Below, one piece after another: positions 9,597 through 17,733 of a stretch of 49,027 nucleotides of DNA. The stretch is from Bacteroidota bacterium (lineage in GTDB: Bacteria > Bacteroidota > Bacteroidia > Chitinophagales > Chitinophagaceae). Both the position numbers and the translations under genes were made by a program. Location of the stretch: positions 1 through 49,027 of the forward strand of contig VBAS01000086.1 in NCBI GenBank assembly GCA_005882975.1, given 5' to 3'. The notes beneath the pieces were generated by a model that ran no database searches, was not told where the DNA came from, and saw only the letters and a program-made list of their open reading frames with translations. Within the stretch, counting starts at the first letter, position 1, and each line of letters opens with the position of its first letter.

Positions 9597-9752
9597 AAAA
9601 AGGTTATTGTTTAGCATTCAAAGCTTTGAAAAGGCTTGTTAGACAAATGAACATTCGCATTTTTGAACATTAATATTTTTTAACTGAATCAGTTTCTGTA
9701 ATTTCAAAGTATAGCATAAAATTTGCTCATAACTGTTCTAACAAATAGAGAT

Positions 9753-10022
9753 ATGCCAATACATTTCGTGAAAAACATCCAGTTCTCCAAGCTAATAAAA
9801 GCTGAAGGACGCCTGAGGGAATTCAATTTTAGAAAAACCGGTACAGGCAATGATGAAAAATGCTCTGTAGATACTGTTGATGACCGGGGTAACCGGATCA
9901 TTTTCACCATGACTAAGGAAGGTGGCACATGGAAACTTGGGTCTGCATTACTTCCCAAATGGATCCTTCAATATGAGGTTCAATTAAACGATGCCATTGA
10001 AGAAGAAATAGGCCATCAATAG
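9753..10022 (+). CDS. hypothetical protein (89 aa from ATG 9753; the track ORF begins at TTG 9723)
   Basis: Open frame only; no recognisable motif. Confidence 0.45.
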   Translation: MPIHFVKNIQFSKLIKAEGRLREFNFRKTGTGNDEKCSVDTVDDRGNRIIFTMTKEGGTWKLGSALLPKWILQYEVQLNDAIEEEIGHQ

Positions 10023-10055
10023 CACTTGAACCGGTAAATATTATTTTTGCCGGCG

Positions 10056-10562
10056 ATGGTTCAGTTTACAACTACAATAAAGCAATTTGGTGAACAAGGT
10101 GAAAAAACCGGGTGGACCTATATTGAAGTACCCGCAGATATTGCTGAGAAATTAATTCCAGGAAATAAGAAAGGATTTCGAGTAAAAGGAAAGCTTGACA
10201 GTTTTCCGATTAAAGGAATTGCCTTGCTGCCAATGGGCGGAGGAAATTTTATTCTTACTCTTAATGCTGATCTCAGAAGAGGAATTCATAAAAAGAAGGG
10301 GGCGATGCTGAACGTGAAATTGCAGGTAGATCCCGAAGGATATAAGCTTAATGAAGATTTTATCGCTTGCCTGAACGATGATCCAGTAGCTAAAAAGTTT
10401 TACGATACTCTTTCCGGCTCCCACAGGAATTATTTTAGCAAATGGATCGATTCTGCCAAAACCGAACCCACAAAGATCAAGCGAATTGCAATGGCGGTGA
10501 ATGCTCTTTCAAAAAAATGGGGCTATCCGGAAATGATGAGAAATAGCAAGAAAGATGTTTAA
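10056..10562 (+). CDS. DUF1905 + YdeI/OmpD-associated family protein
   Basis: N-terminal WTYIEVP...GFRVKGKLD (DUF1905-like barrel). C-terminal F..L....R..Y..WI..AK..ETK.KRI pattern typical of YdeI. ATG at 10056 preferred over TTG 10047. Confidence 0.7.
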   Translation: MVQFTTTIKQFGEQGEKTGWTYIEVPADIAEKLIPGNKKGFRVKGKLDSFPIKGIALLPMGGGNFILTLNADLRRGIHKKKGAMLNVKLQVDPEGYKLNEDFIACLNDDPVAKKFYDTLSGSHRNYFSKWIDSAKTEPTKIKRIAMAVNALSKKWGYPEMMRNSKKDV

Positions 10563-10565
10563 TAA

Positions 10566-11132
10566 TTATTCATTCCTTCTGAATCTTGCTCTGATAATTT
10601 GAAGCTGATCATCGTTTAAAGCAGTTGTTCTTTTTAATACTCCAATAAAATAATCAACCTCTTCTTCTGAGGCGGGACAACCAGTGTTCTGAAGTTTTTC
10701 CACTCCATTGATGTTCGATTTCATCCTGGAATCAGCCAAAAAATTTTCATCTTTATCAAAGATCAGCCAGAAAGGAATGCCTTGGTCTTTAGCGTCATAC
10801 TTATTCAGCATTTCCAATGCACCCGGGTTTTCAAGGTTCTCCTTCCCTTTTGATTCAAATACGACGAGATGACGAATAACAAAATTATCATCAAAGAATT
10901 TTTTTACCGAAGCATCATTCAATGAAGTGTCCATTTTATGACACCAACCACACCATGATGCATGAAACATGACGAGTACTTTTTTGTTTTGCTTTTTTGC
11001 AGAAGTAAATGCTTCTTTCATTATTTCCTCTGCAGAAAAGGGAGCTTTTTGTGCAAATACGGAAGATATAGAAATGAATAAGAATGCAGATAATAAGAAA
11101 ATATTTTTCATGCTATAATTTATCAAGGGCAA
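10566..11132 (-). CDS. secreted thioredoxin-fold protein
   Basis: Signal peptide. CxxC active site in FHASWCGWCHK. Confidence 0.8.
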   Translation of the reverse strand: MPLINYSMKNIFLLSAFLFISISSVFAQKAPFSAEEIMKEAFTSAKKQNKKVLVMFHASWCGWCHKMDTSLNDASVKKFFDDNFVIRHLVVFESKGKENLENPGALEMLNKYDAKDQGIPFWLIFDKDENFLADSRMKSNINGVEKLQNTGCPASEEEVDYFIGVLKRTTALNDDQLQIIRARFRRNE

Positions 11133-11201
11133 GTTAGCTCATACATTAATAACACCAAGTTAAAAAAACATCCACTTTTCCCTGAATTTGTAGATTTGCT
11201 T

Positions 11202-11924
11202 ATGACCAGGCTATCTGTTAATATCAACAAACTTGCAACGCTCAGAAATTCCCGGGGAGGAAATAATCCCGATGTAATAAAAGCAGCGATCGATGCGCAG
11301 CAGTTCGGCGCAGATGGAGTTACTGTTCATCCCCGTCCTGATGAACGCCATATTCGTTATAACGATGTAAGAGAAATTAAAAAGACCATTACCACAGAAT
11401 TTAATATCGAAGGCAACTGTACAGAGCAAAAATTTGTTGACCTTGTTTTAGAAACAAAACCGGACCAGGTCACACTCGTTCCTGATGCACTTGGACAATT
11501 AACTTCCGATCATGGATGGGATACTGTAAAGTATAAAGAGTATTTAATAGAAAAGATCAAAGTATTTAAATCAGCTGGTATACGTGTTTCCATTTTTGTA
11601 GACCCCGATATTAAGATGATCGAAGGTGCCGCTGAAACAGGCACAGATAGGATCGAACTTTATACAGAAGGTTATGCTAAACAGTTTGCAGGTGGCAATA
11701 AGCAGTTGGCGATCGTACCCTATATCGAGGCTGCAAAAAAAGCAAAAGAACTGGGACTGGGATTAAATGCCGGTCACGATCTTGATCTTACCAATTTAAA
11801 ATTTTTAAAAGAAAATATTCCCTGGCTTGATGAAGTAAGTATTGGCCATGCATTGATCTGCGATGCTATTTATCTTGGCTTTGAAAATGCAATTCAATTA
11901 TATAAAAGGCAATTGTTGAAGTAG
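11202..11924 (+). CDS. pdxJ: pyridoxine 5'-phosphate synthase
   Basis: LSVNINKLATLRNSRGG, VTVHPRPDERHI, NIEG, GHDL and SIGHALI motifs. ATG 11202 preferred over TTG 11196. Confidence 0.93.
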   Translation: MTRLSVNINKLATLRNSRGGNNPDVIKAAIDAQQFGADGVTVHPRPDERHIRYNDVREIKKTITTEFNIEGNCTEQKFVDLVLETKPDQVTLVPDALGQLTSDHGWDTVKYKEYLIEKIKVFKSAGIRVSIFVDPDIKMIEGAAETGTDRIELYTEGYAKQFAGGNKQLAIVPYIEAAKKAKELGLGLNAGHDLDLTNLKFLKENIPWLDEVSIGHALICDAIYLGFENAIQLYKRQLLK

Positions 11925-12000
11925 AAAATTGAGTAATAAGCCCAATTTCAACTATGAATTTCTTGTTTAAAAATCAACCTTTAAAAAGCCTTCTAAACCT

Positions 12001-12008
12001 TACCTTTG
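12001..12008 (+). promoter_or_regulatory. candidate Bacteroidota -7 promoter box (TAnnTTTG)
   Basis: TACCTTTG lies 35 nt upstream of ATG 12043. Confidence 0.3.
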
Positions 12009-12042
12009 CGACGATTAATTAATCAACTATAACCACCAAAAT

Positions 12043-13344
12043 ATGGCAGATATATTTGAGCGTTTATTGAAAAATTATGGCCCGATAGGCCAGCACCGCA
12101 AACAGGCGCATGGTTATTTTGCCTTCCCAAAACTGGAAGGTGAAATAGGCAGTCGTATGAAATTTAGAGGAAAAGAAGTAATTGTCTGGAGTTTGAATAA
12201 TTACCTCGGGCTTGCAAATCATCCTGAAGTACGTAAGGCAGATGCTGATGGCGCTGCTGAATATGGATTGGCGCTTCCGATGGGTGCCCGCATGATGAGT
12301 GGAAACAGCAACCTGCATGAACAATTAGAAAGCGAATTGGCGGAATTTGTGTCGAAAGAAGATTGCGCTTTGCTCAATTATGGTTACCAGGGTATGGTGA
12401 GCCTTATTGATGTATTATGCAGTCGCCATGATGTGATCGTTTATGATGCGGAAAGCCATGCTTGTATCATCGATGGCCTACGTCTTCATCCTGGCCACCG
12501 TTACGTTTTTAAACATAATGACGTAGAGGATTGCGAGAAGCAATTACAACGTGCATCTGCTTTAATAGCAAAACAAGGTGCTGGCGGCATATTGATAATA
12601 ACCGAAGGTGTATTTGGCATGGCCGGCGATCAGGGAAAATTAAAAGAGATCTGTGCATTAAAAGAAAAATATGAATTTCGCCTGTTGGTAGATGATGCTC
12701 ACGGTTTTGGTACATTGGGAAAAACTGGAGCAGGTGCCGGCGAAGAACAGAATTGCCAGGATCAGATCGATCTTTATTTCTCCACGTTTGCAAAGTCAAT
12801 GGCATCAATCGGTGCTTTCATAGCCGGACCAAGAGACATTGTAGATTATATCCGTTACAATATTCGTAGCCAGATCTTCGCAAAGAGTTTACCGATGCCT
12901 TTAGTGGTTGGTAATTTAAAAAGACTTGAGCTTTTAAGAACACATCCTGAATTCAAGGAAAAACTTTGGAGCAATGCCAGGAAGTTGCAAACTGGTTTAA
13001 AAGAAAAAGGATTTGATATTGGTAAAACTGACTCTCCTGTTACGCCAGTTTACATGACGGGCGGCGTAGAAGAAGCAACAGCCATGGTGATGGATCTGCG
13101 TGAAAACTATGGGATCTTCGCCTCAATCGTTGTTTACCCTGTAATACCAAAAGGGCATATTATTTATCGTCTTATTCCTTCTGCAGCACACACCGATGCA
13201 GATATAGAAGCTACGCTTAAAGCATTTGAAGAAACAAAGAAAAAATTAGCCGCAGGAGATTATAAAGTTGATTCGGTCCCTGATATGACTGAATATAGTG
13301 GTAAGCGATTTGAATACATGCTGGATAAGCCAAAGAACAAATAA
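12043..13344 (+). CDS. alpha-oxoamine synthase family PLP enzyme (Kbl/BioF/serine-palmitoyltransferase-like)
   Basis: 433 aa. NNYLGLANHPEV, DDAHGFG and the PLP-lysine context STFAKSMASIG. No bio or tdh genes nearby. Confidence 0.85.
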   Translation: MADIFERLLKNYGPIGQHRKQAHGYFAFPKLEGEIGSRMKFRGKEVIVWSLNNYLGLANHPEVRKADADGAAEYGLALPMGARMMSGNSNLHEQLESELAEFVSKEDCALLNYGYQGMVSLIDVLCSRHDVIVYDAESHACIIDGLRLHPGHRYVFKHNDVEDCEKQLQRASALIAKQGAGGILIITEGVFGMAGDQGKLKEICALKEKYEFRLLVDDAHGFGTLGKTGAGAGEEQNCQDQIDLYFSTFAKSMASIGAFIAGPRDIVDYIRYNIRSQIFAKSLPMPLVVGNLKRLELLRTHPEFKEKLWSNARKLQTGLKEKGFDIGKTDSPVTPVYMTGGVEEATAMVMDLRENYGIFASIVVYPVIPKGHIIYRLIPSAAHTDADIEATLKAFEETKKKLAAGDYKVDSVPDMTEYSGKRFEYMLDKPKNK

Positions 13345-13364
13345 GATCAATTAATAATTTATAG

Positions 13365-13399
13365 AAAAGGTCTCGCCCTAGGCGAGACCTTTTTATTTT
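13365..13399 (+). terminator. rho-independent terminator
   Basis: Perfect 10-bp stem aggtctcgcc/ggcgagacct with loop cta, followed by ttttatttt. Confidence 0.85.
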
Positions 13400-13428
13400 G
13401 CCAAAACTATAGTTCTGTAAATGTAGAA

Positions 13429-13448
13429 CCCCCGATAGAAATCGGGGG
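13429..13448. other. orphan GC hairpin cccccgat-agaa-atcggggg
   Basis: 8-bp perfect stem with no T-run on either side. Same C5-G5 design as the terminator at 33304-33321. Confidence 0.4.
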
Positions 13449-13670
13449 CCCCTAATCAAAAACCATTAACCATTAAACCTTATCCTATGAAAATTCTTGG
13501 CTAATCTCGGTAATAAATAATTAATATTCCAAGTTTTAATTCTGAATTTTGTCTTTTTTGGAGTTGAAACGGGAAATATTGACTGCCGTCAATTGCTCCT
13601 GAAAATCTTCAGAATTTATCTATACCTCAATTGTTTGTGGTAAATAGAATTAAAAACCTATTTTAAATTA

Positions 13671-14228
13671 ATGAACAAAGTAGTAATTGCTATTACTGGA
13701 GCCAGCGGGTCAATATATGCAAGATTATTATTGGAAAAAATGCTTGCAATGAAAGACCAATGGGATGATCTTGCAATCGTTATGACGCAAAATGCGAAAC
13801 AAGTTTGGGAAACAGAGACAGGAAACGACGATTATAAAGAAATACCATTAAAAAACTATTCGACTACAGATTTTACTGCACCATTTGCATCCGGCTCTGG
13901 TAAATTTGATACGATGATCGTTGTGCCTTGTTCCATGGGAACTCTTGGGCGCATTGCTGCGGGTATATCAAATGACCTTATAACAAGAGCAGCTGATGTT
14001 ATTCTAAAAGAAAGACGAAAATTAATATGTGTGATTCGGGATACACCGTATAGTTTGATTCATATCCGCAACATGGAAACAGTTACACTTGCCGGGGGAA
14101 TTATTTGTCCTGCAACTCCTTCTTTTTATAGTGTACCGAAAACAATTGATGAAGTAGCCGCAACTGTGGTTGACCGTGTATTAGATCTCGCAGGATTTGA
14201 TATTAAAACTTTTCGTTGGGGAAAATGA
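13671..14228 (+). CDS. ubiX: UbiX-family flavin prenyltransferase
   Basis: 185 aa. ITGASGSIYA, VPCSMGTLGRIAAG and ...RDTP motifs. Confidence 0.9.
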   Translation: MNKVVIAITGASGSIYARLLLEKMLAMKDQWDDLAIVMTQNAKQVWETETGNDDYKEIPLKNYSTTDFTAPFASGSGKFDTMIVVPCSMGTLGRIAAGISNDLITRAADVILKERRKLICVIRDTPYSLIHIRNMETVTLAGGIICPATPSFYSVPKTIDEVAATVVDRVLDLAGFDIKTFRWGK

Positions 14229-14885
14229 TCATCGATTATCTACAACCTCAACTCCCGGATATTTTTTTGCATCAAAAACAAACTGGCCGTCATCTATTGG
14301 GCCATTGGGAGTAAATGTATTTACGATGATCGAATGTTTGGTTTGGTCTTTTTCTATCACTTTTGTTGTGTTGATAGTTTTGCCCGTTTTATCAATATAT
14401 AAGTACACCTTATGATAAGTTTTTGTCTTATCGGTAGGTGTCAATTCAATTTCCTGGATAGTCTTTGCGCCCTGCTTTTTCTCCCCATTCAGTTTATACA
14501 AAAAATCCTTGTCATAAAAGTTTGTAAACATTTTTTGCGGCGTTAAGCTACTGCTGTTGTTATCAAACTTTGTAATAGTTACTTCGTTTGAGGATTTATC
14601 ATAATTCCACACATTTACTCCATCACAAAATATTTCCTGGCCTACAATAGTTACTTTGTATTTAGAGCCTTTGATCCAAACACTACCATTCTTTGATGAA
14701 AGCGTCTTGCCCGCTGAACTCTCTGTTTTAAAAGTAAAAGTTGATTTAACGGTTTTGTAAGTTTTAAACTTAGCACTTACACCATCAAGAACTTTTTTTG
14801 CATCCGGATCATTTGTGGCCTGAGCACTTGTTTTAATTGTGATAACTCCAATTAATAAAACCAGTATTGTATAAAATCTTTTCAT
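14229..14885 (-). CDS. LolA-like outer-membrane lipoprotein carrier protein
   Basis: Signal peptide from ATG 14885 (MKRFYTILVLLIGVITIKTSAQA). About 200-aa beta-rich protein immediately downstream of ftsK, which is the classic ftsK-lolA synteny. Confidence 0.7.
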   Translation of the reverse strand: MKRFYTILVLLIGVITIKTSAQATNDPDAKKVLDGVSAKFKTYKTVKSTFTFKTESSAGKTLSSKNGSVWIKGSKYKVTIVGQEIFCDGVNVWNYDKSSNEVTITKFDNNSSSLTPQKMFTNFYDKDFLYKLNGEKKQGAKTIQEIELTPTDKTKTYHKVYLYIDKTGKTINTTKVIEKDQTKHSIIVNTFTPNGPIDDGQFVFDAKKYPGVEVVDNR

Positions 14886-15004
14886 AATTCCTGTTTTGCT
14901 GTCTAATATTATGCCATTTAAAGAAGGCCCAAATATAGGCCAATTACATATTAAAGGATGTCCACTCATATCCAGTGGTTGCTTTGCTCAAATTTTTTAA
15001 CAGC

Positions 15005-17572
15005 TTAGATTAAATTAGCGAGATGTTGATTAAGGTCGGACTCGGTTTTGATCAATACATCACGGGCTTTACTTCCCTGGTTCGGACCCACAACCCCGGA
15101 TGCTTCCAATTGATCCATTAGTCTGCCAGCCCGATTATAACCTAGTTTCATCCTTCGCTGCAAGAGAGACGTAGAACCAACTTGATTCTGCACAATAAGA
15201 CGGGCGGCATCCTCAAAAAGAGGATCCTTATCAGTTACATCAAAATCTTTTGACTCGAGTTCTTTTTCATCTACATATTCTGGTAAAAGAAATGCTTGAG
15301 GATATCCCCTTTGTTTTTCAATATGGCTAACAACTTTATCAACTTCAGGAGTATCAACAAAAGCGCATTGCAAACGTGTAACCTCTCCATGATGAGAAAC
15401 CAGCATATCCCCTTTTCCGATTAATTGTTCGGCACCGCCAGTATCCAGAATGGTACGTGAATCAATTTTTGAAGAAACCTTAAATGCTATACGTGAAGGA
15501 AAGTTTGCTTTAATAGTACCTGTAATGATATTTACAGAAGGACGTTGCGTTGCAATGATCAAATGAATACCAACGGCACGGGCTAACTGGGCCAATCTTG
15601 CAATTGGCATTTCAATTTCTTTTCCTGCAGTCATTATAAGATCTGCAAACTCATCAATTACTAATACAATAAAAGGGAGAAATTGATGTCCTTTTAGTGG
15701 ACTCAGTCTTCTTTTTACAAATTTTTCATTGTACTCTTTAATGTTCCTGGCGCCTGCTTCTTTTAACAGATCATAACGATTATCCATTTCAATACAAAGT
15801 GCATTCAGCGTATGCACTACTTTTTTTGTATCAGTAATTATGGCCTCTTCCTCTCCAGGAAGTTTTGCCAGGAAATGATTCTCAATAACACGATAAAGAC
15901 TTAACTCCACCTTTTTCGGATCGATCAATACAAACTTTAATTGTGATGGATGTTTTTTATATAATAAAGAAACAAGAATAGCATTTACACCAACTGATTT
16001 ACCCTGGCCTGTAGCGCCAGCCATCAACAAGTGCGGCATGCTGGTAAGATCAACAATGAAGTTATCATTGTCGATCTTTTTACCCAAAGCGATAGGCAGG
16101 CTATAATTGTTATGCTGAAATTTATCAGAGCCCAATAAAGTTTTCATACTCACTATGCTCTTTCTCACATTCGGTACTTCAATACCAATCGTTCCTTTAC
16201 CCGGAATAGGAGCAATGATACGGATACCCAAAGCCGCAAGACTTAACGCAATATCATCTTCCAGGTTTTTTATTCTTGAAATACGAATACCAGCAGCAGG
16301 AACAATTTCATATAAAGTAACAGTTGGCCCGACGGTAGCCATTATTTTTTGTATCTCGATATCGTAATTGCGAAGAGTGCTAATGATCTGGTTCTTGTTA
16401 TTCTCCAACTCATTTGCATCCTGTACAATTTTTTCGCTTCCATGTGTTTCCAGCAGATCCAATACAGGATAACGATAATCTCTTAGATCAAGAGTAGGTT
16501 CATACGGCGGAAGTTCTTCATACCCTTTTTCTTTTTCCTTTCCTGCTTCTTGTTCTTCAACCGGGTCACTCGGAACTTCTTTTATTTCAAGTGCAAGATC
16601 GGCTTCCTTGTTTTCTCTCGGTTTCCTTACAGGTTTTATTTCTTCTTTGGGTAAAACAGTTTGTATTGTTCCCTCGATGGGAGTTATTGTTAAAGGCTTT
16701 TCTTTCACCGTTTCAACTGGTTCGTCTTTTTCTATCAGCTTAAATGCCGGCTGATCATTGTTCGGAACAGATGGCGAAAGCACCAATGTCTCTCCGTTTG
16801 ATTTTAAGCTATTTCCCTTTAAACCATTTTCTGCATAAATATCATTGATCGTTTTGCCAATAACCGGAACAACCATTTCTTCCTTACTATCTGTCTCTGG
16901 TTTGTCTTCGTCAATGACTTTACGCTTTGCTATATTAGGTACATTAAATGCAGGATTGAATTGCCAGATGATATAGGATACAGCAACTACAAGCAGGAGT
17001 GCTGCAGTTCCAACATTCCCAAGAATTTTTTTCAGCCATTCCGAGATCATATTACCTACCGCTCCGCCAAAAGGAAATTGACTGCTACTGAATCCTAACA
17101 CAAAGGCCATACAAACAGATAACACTAACATGCCAATGGTAACATACCGAAGATTTTTCCATACAGACCAAACCTTTCGACGGAAAAGAAGATTAACTCC
17201 GACAACAAAGAAAAAAGTACAGATCAGCAATGACGCAATCCCAAATCCATTGTCAATAAAAAAATAAGAGATAAAAGCACCTAATACACCAAGAAGGTTT
17301 TGAATATTTGCTTTTTGATCAAAAAGAGAAAGCCCGTTCTTTATTTCGCTTTGATCATTTCGCCAAGTAAAAAAGTAGGAGATAAATGCTATAAAAAGAA
17401 AGAATGCAAAGAAAAGAAATACAAAACCTACGATCTTCCAGGTTCTTTCATCACTGGCTAGATCTTTCAGGTTTATTTTTTCTTCTTTTTCCGGTTTCAG
17501 TTTTTCAGACTTGGTTTTTCCGGTTTTCCCCACAGGATTTTTAGTGGAATTGCCTTTCAACTTATTGGCCAT
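15005..17572 (-). CDS. ftsK: DNA translocase FtsK
   Basis: N-terminal TM helices and a Pro/Glu/Lys linker. Walker A GATGQGKS and Walker B LVIDEFADL. Gamma-domain winged helix STSLLQRRMKLGYNRAGRLMDQLE. Confidence 0.95.
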   Translation of the reverse strand: MANKLKGNSTKNPVGKTGKTKSEKLKPEKEEKINLKDLASDERTWKIVGFVFLFFAFFLFIAFISYFFTWRNDQSEIKNGLSLFDQKANIQNLLGVLGAFISYFFIDNGFGIASLLICTFFFVVGVNLLFRRKVWSVWKNLRYVTIGMLVLSVCMAFVLGFSSSQFPFGGAVGNMISEWLKKILGNVGTAALLLVVAVSYIIWQFNPAFNVPNIAKRKVIDEDKPETDSKEEMVVPVIGKTINDIYAENGLKGNSLKSNGETLVLSPSVPNNDQPAFKLIEKDEPVETVKEKPLTITPIEGTIQTVLPKEEIKPVRKPRENKEADLALEIKEVPSDPVEEQEAGKEKEKGYEELPPYEPTLDLRDYRYPVLDLLETHGSEKIVQDANELENNKNQIISTLRNYDIEIQKIMATVGPTVTLYEIVPAAGIRISRIKNLEDDIALSLAALGIRIIAPIPGKGTIGIEVPNVRKSIVSMKTLLGSDKFQHNNYSLPIALGKKIDNDNFIVDLTSMPHLLMAGATGQGKSVGVNAILVSLLYKKHPSQLKFVLIDPKKVELSLYRVIENHFLAKLPGEEEAIITDTKKVVHTLNALCIEMDNRYDLLKEAGARNIKEYNEKFVKRRLSPLKGHQFLPFIVLVIDEFADLIMTAGKEIEMPIARLAQLARAVGIHLIIATQRPSVNIITGTIKANFPSRIAFKVSSKIDSRTILDTGGAEQLIGKGDMLVSHHGEVTRLQCAFVDTPEVDKVVSHIEKQRGYPQAFLLPEYVDEKELESKDFDVTDKDPLFEDAARLIVQNQVGSTSLLQRRMKLGYNRAGRLMDQLEASGVVGPNQGSKARDVLIKTESDLNQHLANLI

Positions 17573-17706
17573 ATGAACAAAGATAATAATAAGCCCTCTA
17601 CAATGGATAGTTCATGTTTTCAACATCTCCACAATTTTATTGTAAGATCCCCTTCGGGAATGGCCAAACCGATACGAAAAAAACTGGCTCTGAAACAGGC
17701 ATTCAT

Positions 17707-17714
17707 TATATTTG
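17707..17714 (+). promoter_or_regulatory. candidate -7 promoter box (TAnnTTTG)
   Basis: TATATTTG lies 20 nt upstream of ATG 17734. Confidence 0.3.
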
Positions 17715-17733
17715 ATACGTATCTGGAAACAGA

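Noticed and set aside
13578-13612. Short palindromes ATTGAC-tgcc-GTCAAT and CTGAA-aatc-TTCAG upstream of ubiX
   Set aside because: With 5-6 bp half-sites in an AT-rich spacer they are within chance expectation, and no regulator gene is adjacent.
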